The translations under genes and the position numbers were made by a program. The notes under the pieces are model-generated. The model saw nothing but the letters and a program-made list of their open reading frames with translations. It ran no database searches and was not told the DNA's origin. From Caldisphaera sp. (GTDB lineage: Archaea; Thermoproteota; Thermoprotei_A; Sulfolobales; Acidilobaceae): a stretch of 28,390 nt of DNA. The stretch spans positions 1-28,390 of the forward strand of contig JBMFKU010000018.1 in NCBI GenBank assembly GCA_049971805.1, written 5' to 3'. Positions 10,249-20,269 of this stretch are shown here, one piece after another (the first letter of the stretch is position 1; the number at the start of each line of letters is the position of its first letter).

Positions 10249-10826
10249 TAATAGCAAACCTAACACTGCCTTTCTCCTCCTTTATTTGCATGACCATACC
10301 TAGGACAAGAACTCAAAAAATTTATCTCAAATATTTCGTGTCAAATAGAATTTAAAAATTTATTATATTGCTTATTTAATAAATTTAAGAAGCCAGTGAA
10401 AAAAGTGCTATTAAATTCATGAGTTTTTCATGTTTTTGAGACCAATAAGGCTATATGAGCTACCCTACTGGTTACAGAAAATGTGAATTGAAAATTTTGA
10501 ATTACTAGATTATTAGATAATTTTTCTATAACGCCAGGGAAAATTAACCGAACAGAAGAAACGAAATATGCAATTAAGAGAATTAAAGATAAGGAAACAA
10601 TGCTAGAAGTCGAAGATGCCAGCATTATTATAAGGAATCCTAATTAAAGTCGATAGCATATATAACGATAATATTACAAGGTCTAAACATATAAGAAATC
10701 TAAATACGTTAATGTTTAATCGAAAATCCTTCCAAATTTTATTAATATAAGAATTTTCAATATAAAACATAAAAGTTTCTGATTTGTATACTTAACACAG
10801 TACTTTAAAAAATACCGTGTGGTTAT

Positions 10827-13277
10827 ATGAGTAAAGGGCAAAGAAAGAGGAAATTGACGAGAAAATATCATATTGCCTTTGCAATTTCCGTCATATTAAT
10901 AATACTCATAGTATCTATGTCCTACTTTACTCCACTATCAGTTTTATTCGCAGCGTCTAATCCAAAAAGCGGAATATACGGCTATTCTTTAAACGCTGTT
11001 GTAAAAAACAAAACCCTAAACATTAAAGGATTATACGACCCAGTAACTATAATTATAGATAAAAATGGTGTTTACCATATTTATGCGCAGAACCAGCATG
11101 ATTTGTTTTTAGCTTTTGGCTTCATACAGGCGGAAAACAGGCTATTCCAGCTCGATATGGTAAGGAGAGCATCAGAAGGCAATCTATCTCCCATTTTGGG
11201 ACCATCCTATGAAAACTCTGACATATTCCAATTAAAAATAGGCAATCTTTTAACTGCCGAAAGGGATTGGAACGAAACACTTAGCTTGGCAAAGACAAAC
11301 CAATTAGCAAATCAAACAGTTATGATGCTTGAGGCTTATTCTCAAGGAGTTAATGATTACATTAATTATGCTGAGACCCATAACGAACTATTTTTCGAAT
11401 TTGTCCTTCTCCACTATAAACCACAACCATGGACGCCTGTTGATAGCTTTCTTATACAGCAATACATGGCGGAAAGCCTCGAGTTTGGGAACGACCAACT
11501 AATCCTTTCCTTGATGTACTATAAAATGGGGAATTTAACAAACAGCCTAATTCCTGCCTTTTCTCCGATACCTCAGGTCTATTATGCTGGATACAATAAT
11601 ACTCCTAACCAAACTATAGAGAAGGAAATTGAAAACATATGGCCCATAAATTCAACAATTGCCTCTCTAGCTTATAAACTATATCAAGAATGGGATCCTC
11701 CTTTTTTAAATAATCATCCGCAAGGACATAGCAACGAATTTGTGGTTTCTGGTAATAAAACAGTAACTGGGAATCCAATACTTGTTGGAGGTCCTGTTTT
11801 AGGCTTTTCATTACCTTTTATTTGGTTCGAGGCTCAAATAGTTGCTCCAGGAATAAATACCTTTGGTGTGTTTTTACCAGGAAGTCCTGCACCAGTTATA
11901 GGCTTTAATCAAAATATAGCATGGACTTTAACTGATGTGCAGTCAATTTCTTGGGGTACATATATATTTGCTCAGACAGTAAACAAAACGGATTATTTTT
12001 ATAACGGAAATTGGTACCCGATCAAACATTACGAGGTTAACGGAGTTACTGTAAACTGGACAAACTGGGGGCCAATAATGGTAAGAAATAAAAACACTGC
12101 TTTAGTAATGTATTGGCTTGCCAACAACTACAGCGATGATTTAGGAGTCTTGTATGAAATTTCTACTGCAAAGAACTGGACACAGTTTAACAACGCATTA
12201 CAGAACTGGAAAGCACCATATCAAAACTTTGCGTATGCCGATAAAAACAACATAGGAGATATCTCAGCAGGCATTTACCCAATATTTTCTTCTTTAAACA
12301 GCACACCTTACAGCCCAGATGCGATAATGCCAGGTAATGGAGAGGAATTCGTTTCAGGCTGGATCCCCTACCAAAATATACCTCATGTATATGATCCTCC
12401 AATAGGGTTTGTGGTAAGCTCAAACCAAAGGCAGGTAGGGCCTTCTTATCCTTACTGGTATGGAAATACCATGAGCTTCTCCCCCGGAACAAGGGCATGG
12501 GTTGTTTACAATTATTTATTAAATCATAATAACATAAGTGTTGAAGATATGATGGAATTGCAATGGAACGAAACAGATTTGGCCGCTGCTTGGTCCATGC
12601 CTACAATAATAAAGGCTTTGGAAAACTCTACCAATAACTATGCTCAAACAGCTTTAAGTTATTTGAAGAACTGGAACTATGTTATGAGTCCAGATTCAAA
12701 AGCAGCTACCATTTGGTTTTATATTTATTCAGAAATCTACTTCAACGTTTTCTATAAGCTATTTAATGAAACTGGCTTCTGGCCTGAGTTTAATTTAATA
12801 AAGCCAGGTCCTGCAGGAGGCTCATGGCCAAACACATTTGGTTTAGCATCTCTAGATGAGGATTTAATACACATTCTCATGACTGATAATGGCTATCCTT
12901 TGTATAATGGTAGTGTAAATTCATTAATAGTAAATTCAACGATAGAAGCTATGAAGTTACTAGAAAAATGGTATCCCAATGATAACTACACATGGGGTAA
13001 CTTTTATGGATTTTACTGGCCTAGTATAACTGGAACAAAGCAATTAAGTGTTGGTCCATTAAGCGGTTTAGGAGGGGATTACTTCACACTAAACGATCAA
13101 TGCGGAGGTGGCGGAGGGCCATTACCAACTTCTCCTGGTCCAGGAGGGCAGAGCTTTACATTTATTGCCGATCTAAACAACATAAGCAATTCTTATGGAG
13201 TATATCCTGGAGGGCAGAGCGAAAATCCTGTTAGCCAGTTCTACGATAACTACATACAGGTATGGATCAAAGGATGA
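10827..13277 (+). CDS. Membrane-anchored penicillin acylase family (peptidase S45, Ntn-hydrolase) protein, paralog 1; frame continues after the TGA to 13358
   Basis: N-terminal TM helix, motifs DKNGVYHIYA and GFIQAENRLFQLD, nucleophile GHSNEFVVSG (Ser302), QNFAYAD and PGGQSENP. Many N-x-S/T sequons. Confidence 0.93.
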   Translation: MSKGQRKRKLTRKYHIAFAISVILIILIVSMSYFTPLSVLFAASNPKSGIYGYSLNAVVKNKTLNIKGLYDPVTIIIDKNGVYHIYAQNQHDLFLAFGFIQAENRLFQLDMVRRASEGNLSPILGPSYENSDIFQLKIGNLLTAERDWNETLSLAKTNQLANQTVMMLEAYSQGVNDYINYAETHNELFFEFVLLHYKPQPWTPVDSFLIQQYMAESLEFGNDQLILSLMYYKMGNLTNSLIPAFSPIPQVYYAGYNNTPNQTIEKEIENIWPINSTIASLAYKLYQEWDPPFLNNHPQGHSNEFVVSGNKTVTGNPILVGGPVLGFSLPFIWFEAQIVAPGINTFGVFLPGSPAPVIGFNQNIAWTLTDVQSISWGTYIFAQTVNKTDYFYNGNWYPIKHYEVNGVTVNWTNWGPIMVRNKNTALVMYWLANNYSDDLGVLYEISTAKNWTQFNNALQNWKAPYQNFAYADKNNIGDISAGIYPIFSSLNSTPYSPDAIMPGNGEEFVSGWIPYQNIPHVYDPPIGFVVSSNQRQVGPSYPYWYGNTMSFSPGTRAWVVYNYLLNHNNISVEDMMELQWNETDLAAAWSMPTIIKALENSTNNYAQTALSYLKNWNYVMSPDSKAATIWFYIYSEIYFNVFYKLFNETGFWPEFNLIKPGPAGGSWPNTFGLASLDEDLIHILMTDNGYPLYNGSVNSLIVNSTIEAMKLLEKWYPNDNYTWGNFYGFYWPSITGTKQLSVGPLSGLGGDYFTLNDQCGGGGGPLPTSPGPGGQSFTFIADLNNISNSYGVYPGGQSENPVSQFYDNYIQVWIKG

Positions 13278-13367
13278 TATTTACCACTAATTTACATACC
13301 TTCACCTCAAGGATTTCCAAGAAATAAAGTCTTGATTCAAATTAATTTAAATCCATGAGGTGATAAT

Positions 13368-13724
13368 ATGAGGGATATCGTTAGAAGTTTGATAATATTT
13401 ATCATAACAGCAGTATTGGGCTATTTGTTGCTATATACTGGTATATGGCCAATTATAATAATAGCCGGTATAGTTTCTTCATTAATTGGAGAAAGATTTA
13501 CTTCAACCCTAATTTCGAGTTTTATAGGAGGTATAATTGCTTCCCTTCTGTTTTTATTAAATTACTTAGCATTAGGAGGACAAGTGGGAAAAATGGCTTA
13601 TTACGCTGGTGCAGTTGCTGGGTTTCCAGGTACAACATTTTTACTTTTTACTTTCTTAATATCAGGTATTTATTGCCTTTTAGGATCAATAATAGGTATC
13701 TACATTAAAAAAATTTTTATGTAA
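13368..13724 (+). CDS. Small Gly-rich membrane protein (about 4 TM) coupled to acylase 1
   Basis: RBS GAGGTG, 118 hydrophobic aa, similar to 26684..27040. Confidence 0.85.
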   Translation: MRDIVRSLIIFIITAVLGYLLLYTGIWPIIIIAGIVSSLIGERFTSTLISSFIGGIIASLLFLLNYLALGGQVGKMAYYAGAVAGFPGTTFLLFTFLISGIYCLLGSIIGIYIKKIFM

Positions 13725-13892
13725 AGTATTATTAAAAATTATTATTTTTTATTTTTATATTATGATTAAATTATTTTGCATAATAAAAGTTTATAACCAA
13801 TATATAATCAAATGTAATAAAACAATTCGCAAAATATAAAATTATCAATAAAAATAAATGATTATTCTATTATAGCATAAAAAGACTTAAAT

Positions 13893-14264
13893 ATGAAAAG
13901 ATTTATTAAAAATGAGGGCTTTAAAGTGGATTTTACAAAAAAGAGAATAGATAAAATAAAACTTATTCCCACATTACTTCTAATCTTATCTTTTTTTACT
14001 CATGATTCACAACTTTTAATATACAAAATAAGTACTTCAATAATCATTGTCGCACTATTTGGCGTCTTTTACCTAATAATTGCAATCTATAATCTTTTAG
14101 GTAATAGATTTGCTCCTTTAGCAGGTTCAATAATACCTGCTATTGGAGCTGGTCTAGGCATATATAGGTTTTTCGTTATTAGCCCTAATCCTTTTTCAGT
14201 TTTTAATGTTTGCCTAGATGCTATAATTGTACCTTTTTCTATTATCGCCTTCAAAAGGAGGTAA
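13893..14264 (+). CDS. Hypothetical membrane protein
   Basis: 123 aa with about four hydrophobic segments. The start is uncertain. Confidence 0.6.
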   Translation: MKRFIKNEGFKVDFTKKRIDKIKLIPTLLLILSFFTHDSQLLIYKISTSIIIVALFGVFYLIIAIYNLLGNRFAPLAGSIIPAIGAGLGIYRFFVISPNPFSVFNVCLDAIIVPFSIIAFKRR

Positions 14265-15083
14265 TTGTTTCTGCTCAAAACTGTCTAAATGAAATATTAA
14301 AATCAATTTTTATTTTGAATCATATAGCTAATTATTGTGCATCTAATTTTCCCATCAAACAGCTCTTTTCCAATTATTTGAAGATCTGAGAATAAGATAT
14401 AAAGATTCAAAAAATATAAACAATTAAATCATAGCATGAAATTCATGTATACAAAACACTAACTAATAGATAAAAATTTATTAATTTTTTCAGCATCAAT
14501 AAAAAAATTGGTTATTAATAAAACATTCATTGAAATAAAATCAAGACTAAACTTTCTTATGAATTCATAAAAATTTAAATAACAAATAGACGTAATTCCT
14601 ATAATGAATTTTTAAGTATTATGAGTATTACTTTACGTTAATTTCAAATGACCAGATAGGCCTATATATGCTCATTTTTTAAAGAACTTTGTAAATTTTA
14701 TATCTATCATTGCATCATTAAACGTAAACCATGTTCTAAACAATGATAGCTTCCCCATAATTTATAGGCCAATTTATTATTTCTTTTGAGCTCAATAGCG
14801 TTACCTTATGGAATTGGTCTTGAAAAATAATAATATAATCCTCCTATTGCAATAATTCCTATTATTATAATAACTATAAAGACGTATAAATTCATACTTA
14901 AATTACATCTACATTTACTTCTTAGTTTTTCACTCATAATCCCAGTTCATAATTAAAATGTTTTAATCCTATATATTTTTTATATAAATTTTTAAATAAT
15001 ACCAATGGAATTTTAATGCTTTTTGTAAAAAATAATAAAAAATATTTTAAGTTAAAATCTCATATAAAATTTGGGGAATCATT

Positions 15084-16370
15084 TTGAATAGCGCATTTAT
15101 TGTAAAAATATTTGATACACATGAACATTTTGAACCTGAGGATTCGAGAATTAATAGACCTCAAGATCCAATGAATATTTTTCTAAATAGATATCTTTCA
15201 ACAGATTTTATGTCTGCAGGTTTAACAGGAGATGATATAAAATTTTTAAGGAATTCTAAAAAACCTTGGAATGAAAGATGGGAAATTTTTGAAAAATATT
15301 GGGATTATGCAAAAACAACAGGCTATGGCCAGGCAATAAAGATAGCTATTAGAGATCTATACGGTATTAATGACATTACAAAAGAAACTTATCCAAGACT
15401 TGTGGAATTGATGAATTCTGCAGCTAAAGAGGGATTTTATAACTGGATTATGAATAAGGCAAACATTGGTAAGGTTTTGCTGGACCACGGCTTAAACCTT
15501 CAACATGATATCGAGCATTTTGACAAATCCATATTTAGAGGAGTTTTAAGATTCGACCAATTACTTTTCATAAAGAACTTTAAAGACTTAGCCGAGGCAT
15601 CTCAAATTATGAATTATTCAATAAATGATTTAAACGATTATGAGAATTCTTTAAGAAAATATATAAGAGAAAGTATGAGAAAGTATGTTGCGGCAAAAAT
15701 TTTGGCTTTAGTTTATGAATATGATTTAAAAATAGAATATTCAACAAAAAGAGATGCTGAATATGCTTTTAAAGCAATAATAGAGGGCGATGGAATAAAG
15801 ACTTCTAGTTATTATCAGCCAAGCTATAATGAGATAAGACCATTTCACAATTACATGATACATGTTCTTTTAAGCGAATTGGAAAACTTAAACAAACCAA
15901 TACAAATTCATACAGGACTTCAGGATGATAGTCTATCATGGCCGCCAGTAGGACCATTATACAATGGAAACCCGGTTTATCTGGCAAACCTATTTAAGGA
16001 ATTTCCAAAGGTAAAATTCGTACTATTCCATGCTGGTTATCCATATTATCATGAAGTTGGAGTTGTTGGAAAACAATGGCCAAATGTTTTCCTAGATTTA
16101 TGTACAGTTCATCACATAAACCCTGAGTCTTATAAAAATGTATTAAGCGAATGGCTTGAAATGGTTCCCAACAATAAAATTATGGGATTTGGGGGAGACC
16201 AATTTTTTGTGGAAAGCACCTATGGGGGATCAAAAATAGCAAGATTTGCTATAAACGAAGTTGTCGAAGAAAAGATGGAGAAAGGCCATTGGGACAGAGA
16301 AGATGGAGAAAAAGTAATAAGAAGAGTATTATGGGAAAATGCGGAAAGAATTCTAATGGTTCAAGGTTAA
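15084..16370 (+). CDS. Amidohydrolase superfamily protein (Amidohydro_2/UxaC-like TIM barrel)
   Basis: Metal-ligand motifs FDTHEH (HxH), IQIHTG, LFHAGYPY and GFGGD. Confidence 0.9.
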   Translation: MNSAFIVKIFDTHEHFEPEDSRINRPQDPMNIFLNRYLSTDFMSAGLTGDDIKFLRNSKKPWNERWEIFEKYWDYAKTTGYGQAIKIAIRDLYGINDITKETYPRLVELMNSAAKEGFYNWIMNKANIGKVLLDHGLNLQHDIEHFDKSIFRGVLRFDQLLFIKNFKDLAEASQIMNYSINDLNDYENSLRKYIRESMRKYVAAKILALVYEYDLKIEYSTKRDAEYAFKAIIEGDGIKTSSYYQPSYNEIRPFHNYMIHVLLSELENLNKPIQIHTGLQDDSLSWPPVGPLYNGNPVYLANLFKEFPKVKFVLFHAGYPYYHEVGVVGKQWPNVFLDLCTVHHINPESYKNVLSEWLEMVPNNKIMGFGGDQFFVESTYGGSKIARFAINEVVEEKMEKGHWDREDGEKVIRRVLWENAERILMVQG

Positions 16371-16645
16371 AATTCCAATTTAACCATATTAAGTGTAACC
16401 ATTCCTAGTATTGCTAATAACCAATCCGATGCAACTAAAGAAAAGAAATTAAGACCAACCCAAAGAAATGGAATAAATAAATGAATCCCAAATAGCAAAG
16501 GACCCGATCTGCTTGGATTATAATAATATCTTCCAATAATGTGTAAAGGTATTCATCGTTCTTTGCGCATTAAGAGGTTGAGTAAGATCAATATAAAGTT
16601 TTTAGTCCATTTAATAAAAAGGAAGAAGGTTGAGAAGATGGGATT

Positions 16646-17458
16646 ATGAGAGAAAATATATTAAAAATAGGATTAACCCAACTCTTATCAAGTAAAAATA
16701 AGGAAGAAAACCTATTAAAAATAGAAAAATTTGTAAAAAATGCAAAAAATCTTGGGGCAGAAATGGTAATTTTTCCCGAGATTTTCATGGTCTATTTTAC
16801 ATCAGATGACAGTTTAGAAAAGAGGGCAAGCGAAGCTGAAAGCTTAGACAGTAACTTTGTAAAAAGTATATTAAAATTATCGAAACAATATAACATCAGT
16901 ATAACCGTTGGTATGTATGAGTCAATAAAAAATAGCTTAAAGGTATTCAACACAACTATAACAACTGATGATAATGGAGAATTGTTAAATGTATATAGAA
17001 AGACACACCTCTATGATGCCTTTAATTTTAAGGAATCCGATTTTTATGAGGCTTCAAATAACCCATATAAGGTTTTCGACTTTAATGGCTTCAAGATCGG
17101 TATAATGGTTTGTTATGAGGTCAGATTTCCGGAAATTGCCAGAACTTTAGCTTTAAAAGGTGCTGATGTAATTTTAGTTCCGAGCGCATGGGTCAGAGGT
17201 TATAATAAAGAAGAACATTGGATAACTATGATTAAAGCCAGGGCCTTAGAAAATACTGTATATATTGCTACATCAAACCAAATAGGAAATATCTACACAG
17301 GAATAACAAGCTTTGTTGATCCCCTTGGAATTTTATTGCACAGAATGAATGAAAACGAAGGAATTATTGTTGGAGAGGTAAATAAAGGAAGGATTGAAGA
17401 GGCAAGAAAAGTCCTACCGTTGCTCTCTCAAAGAAGACCAAGCCTATATGAATTATAG
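16646..17458 (+). CDS. Carbon-nitrogen hydrolase (nitrilase superfamily, Nit1/YbeM-like)
   Basis: Catalytic Glu-Lys-Cys triad in IFPE, YRKTHLYDAF and VCYEVRFPE, plus ARALEN. Confidence 0.93.
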   Translation: MRENILKIGLTQLLSSKNKEENLLKIEKFVKNAKNLGAEMVIFPEIFMVYFTSDDSLEKRASEAESLDSNFVKSILKLSKQYNISITVGMYESIKNSLKVFNTTITTDDNGELLNVYRKTHLYDAFNFKESDFYEASNNPYKVFDFNGFKIGIMVCYEVRFPEIARTLALKGADVILVPSAWVRGYNKEEHWITMIKARALENTVYIATSNQIGNIYTGITSFVDPLGILLHRMNENEGIIVGEVNKGRIEEARKVLPLLSQRRPSLYEL

Positions 17459-17479
17459 AACATAAATCTGCTTTTTATC

Positions 17480-17814
17480 TGACAAACGAAGGGCAAGCCT
17501 TGCCCCTTCTAGGGACGGGGTAAAGTTTTTAAATCCTGAATGTTTTAAAGTATTGCAGAATAAAAACGTGTCCCCATATAGTATGCTAGATAAGGGCTCT
17601 ACATATTCCTGAGTCCCAGGGAGACGGGAGTGGAGGGCAACTCCTGTTGAGGAAGGGTAATGGGCTGAAGAGCCGCCGATGGTCTACCGTTAAACGAATG
17701 GAGCGGGGTGGCTTTTGGCCACTAGCTATGAAGTAATGAAAATGAAGGCGGTAAACCATAAACCTATGATCTCTCTAAGGAAACCCTTGCCCTTCAGGAC
17801 GGGGAGGAGGTCAG
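17480..17814 (+). mobile_element. Non-autonomous IS200/IS605 mini-element, family A copy 1 (331 bp after TGAC)
   Basis: TGAC is followed by a left-end hairpin (CCTTGCCCCTTCTAGGGACGGGG), a TATA-like TTTTTAAA and a tnpB C-terminal scrap (TCPH...ALHIPESQG). It ends with a right-end hairpin, CCCTTGCCCTTCAGGACGGGGAGGAGGTCAG. A second copy lies inverted at 27161-27522. Confidence 0.92.
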
Positions 17815-17832
17815 CTCCACTTATCTTTTTCC
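17610..17832 (+). ncRNA. Putative TnpB omegaRNA (scaffold plus 3' flank-derived guide CTCCACTTATCTTTTTCC)
   Basis: GC-rich structured region ending at the element's TCAG right end, where TnpB omegaRNAs are encoded. Bases 17620-17765 are identical to 27211-27356. Boundaries are approximate. Confidence 0.7.
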
Positions 17833-17978
17833 TTCTTTATTCAGCACCAGAATAAAGGTTTATCTCAAATCTCGGTTAAGCTTGCTCCAAAGGTGAGGTT
17901 TGTTGATACTTCTACTATCTTAACTCTTGTTAAAAATAATTAAAATTTTGGCCTATTAATGATATTTGAAAAATTTGT

Positions 17979-19279
17979 TCATAGCAATGGCTGTGCCACT
18001 CTATCTGAGGGTGAAATCGTTGAGAATATAGCAGCTACTATTGCAGCTATTATAGCTATCAGGAAGTTTGCCATAACTGGGCTGTGGATAGCTAAACCTA
18101 AGGCTGTAACAATGTATGGGGCAAATGAGGATATGGCAACTCCAAGATTTACTACAAATGCTATGTAGGAGTACCTGACCCTTGTGCTTATGTTCTCAGC
18201 AAGAAATGCTGGTAATATTGCATATTGCCAACCAAAGAGGAGTCCTTCAATTATACCTCCTATAGCTACTAAGAAAAATTTCCCACTATAAAGCATTATG
18301 ACTATTGGATAAGTAACTGCTGCAGTAATAGCATATACAATTGCAAGATACAACTTCCTTGATTTCAGTATATCACTCGTATATCCAAAGATTGGTGATG
18401 TAATAAGCCAGAATAGATTTGTTAGCAGAACAGCCATCTCTATTTGGAAGTTTGACAAATGAGTATATAAAGCAAGGAAGTCTGGCATAAAAGATACAAC
18501 GCCATAGTACATAAAGGCTTCTCCAACTATCACCATAGTTGAGATTATTACCAACTTCCAATGTCTTCTGAACACAGTAACTATAGGTATCTTCTCAGGA
18601 TTATCCTTCACCTTAGTTGCCCACTCTATGCTTTCTGATACACTCCACCTAACAACAAGAGCTATTACTAATGGTATAGCACCAAACCAAAACATCACTC
18701 TCCAGCCTAAAGTGCTGAAAGACGCGGGAGTAGGTGCAATTAAATGAGCAAGCGCAGATGCCGCTACTGCAAACATAAGTCCGAGGGGTGCCCCACCCTG
18801 TTGTATTCCTCCAAATAAACCTCTTCTGTGCTCTGGTGAGTTCTCAACAACAAAGGTCATCCCTCCTCCCCATTCACCTGCAAGGAATATGCCTTGGACT
18901 ATTCTTAGTAGCACTATGAGGACTGATGCTAAAATCCCTATCTGACTATAGGTAGGTAAAAAACCAATCAGTATAGTTGCTATACCCATACCAAGGAGTG
19001 ATAAGAACCAAATATGCTTTCTTCCTATCTTGTCTCCGTAATGACCAAATATTATCGCACCTATAGGTCTTGCGAAATACCCTAGAACTAGTGTTAAATA
19101 AAATGTCAAAAGACTTGCAAAATAGCTTGTTGATGGAAAAAAAGCTCCGCCATAATTGTACCTGCATAAAGATAAACAACAAGATCAAAAAGCTCAAAGC
19201 CCCAACCTAAGTTTGCTGATATCGCAAGCTTAAGCGCTTCACGATAAGACTTAAATTGACCAGCATTTGATCCCACCAT
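17979..19279 (-). pseudogene. MFS transporter (metabolite:H+ symporter family), split by a 1-nt frameshift at the T7 run (19137-19143)
   Basis: RBS GAGGTG precedes the ATG at 19279, giving ...ANLGWGFELFDLVVY...ELFF. The shifted frame continues PSTSYFASLLTFYLTLVLGYFARPIGAIIFGHYGDKIGRK, then LRIVQGIFLAGEWGG. One extra nucleotide gives 433 aa. Confidence 0.9.
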
Positions 19280-19453
19280 ATTACACCTCGCAATAAATCT
19301 GCCTAAAGCAATATCTTGGCTTATTTATAAAATTATCTGTACACAAATACATACAAATTTGCTTTATACTTATTTATACGGTATTCCCTTACAGGAATGT
19401 AATTATAAAAACTTAAAATTTAAGAGATAAATTTTATTTTTAGGTAGATTGTT

Positions 19454-20269
19454 TTGAGAAGATCTCAACTTTATGTACCTGGAAATAATGAAAAGATGAT
19501 AAGGAAGAGTACAGAGCTTGAGGCAGATAGCGTTGTTCTTGACTTGGAGGACTCAGTGCCCATGAATCAAAAAGGAACAAGCAGGGAACTTATTAGAAGA
19601 TTAGTTAATGAGCTTGATTGGGGCAAAAAAGAGCTTGCTATAAGAATAAATTCTTACAAAACATTAGAAGGCCTTAGAGATTTGGCCATTTTGAAGGATA
19701 TTGATAAGGTAAGGCTTGTGCTTGTGCCCAAGGCTGAGGAAGATATGAGCTTCATATATAATGCCTTAGAGATTGCTATAGAGCCTATTGTAGAGACAGC
19801 CAAGGGATTATTGAAGATTGAGGAGCTTGCTTCTTCTAAGGGTGTTGAAGCTATAACATGGGGGCCAGCCGATTTGGCCCTTAGTGTTGGAGGAAATGCA
19901 AATGTATATAAAGACAATCAATTTATAAGGACCTTAGTTGTTGTTACAGCAAAGGCTTATGGTCTTGATGCAATAGATTCGGTGTTTTTTGACCTAAATA
20001 ACCTGAAAGAGTTTGAGCAAGAGTGTAGGAAGGCAAAGGAATTAGGCTTTGTTGGTAAGCAAGTCATACATCCATCACAGATAGTGGTTGCCAACTCCAT
20101 CTTTTCCCCTACTCGTAATGATATAGAAAGAGCCAAGAAAATAGTTCAAGCCTACGAAGAGGCTAAAAGGCTTGGTAAAGGAGCAATAAGGTTTGAAGGC
20201 CAGATGATTGACTATGTTCATTATGCTACCGCCAAGAAACTTCTGGAGCAAATAGGTGAAAAACCTTGA
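19454..20269 (+). CDS. CitE-family CoA-ester lyase (citryl/malyl/citramalyl-CoA lyase-like)
   Basis: Motifs RRSQLYVPG, LDLEDSV, IVETAKG, GPADL and GFVGKQVIHPSQ. Confidence 0.93.
   Translation: MRRSQLYVPGNNEKMIRKSTELEADSVVLDLEDSVPMNQKGTSRELIRRLVNELDWGKKELAIRINSYKTLEGLRDLAILKDIDKVRLVLVPKAEEDMSFIYNALEIAIEPIVETAKGLLKIEELASSKGVEAITWGPADLALSVGGNANVYKDNQFIRTLVVVTAKAYGLDAIDSVFFDLNNLKEFEQECRKAKELGFVGKQVIHPSQIVVANSIFSPTRNDIERAKKIVQAYEEAKRLGKGAIRFEGQMIDYVHYATAKKLLEQIGEKP

Noticed and set aside
10164-10625. ORFs 10164..10355 and 10428..10625
   Set aside because: Short, with no RBS or motif. The first spans the hairpin remnant.
73-13277. Genome-wide TGA recoding or selenocysteine
   Set aside because: TGA ends pckG, the lipoyl gene, the CitE gene, the radical SAM gene and acylase 2 at the expected positions. 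The two internal TGAs are not at Cys-like sites.
17479-17814. CTGAC...GTCAG 5-bp terminal inverted repeats suggesting a classical DDE-type MITE
   Set aside because: There is no target duplication. Subterminal hairpins and tnpB scraps indicate IS200/IS605, and the related end at 10248 is preceded by ATGAC, so TGAC is better read as the target site.
17835-17910. 8-bp hairpin CTTTATTC/GAATAAAG and a TCTCAAAT..GTTAAGCTT motif also seen near 9053
   Set aside because: Too short in AT-rich DNA to distinguish from chance. It could be a terminator or another degenerate IS end.
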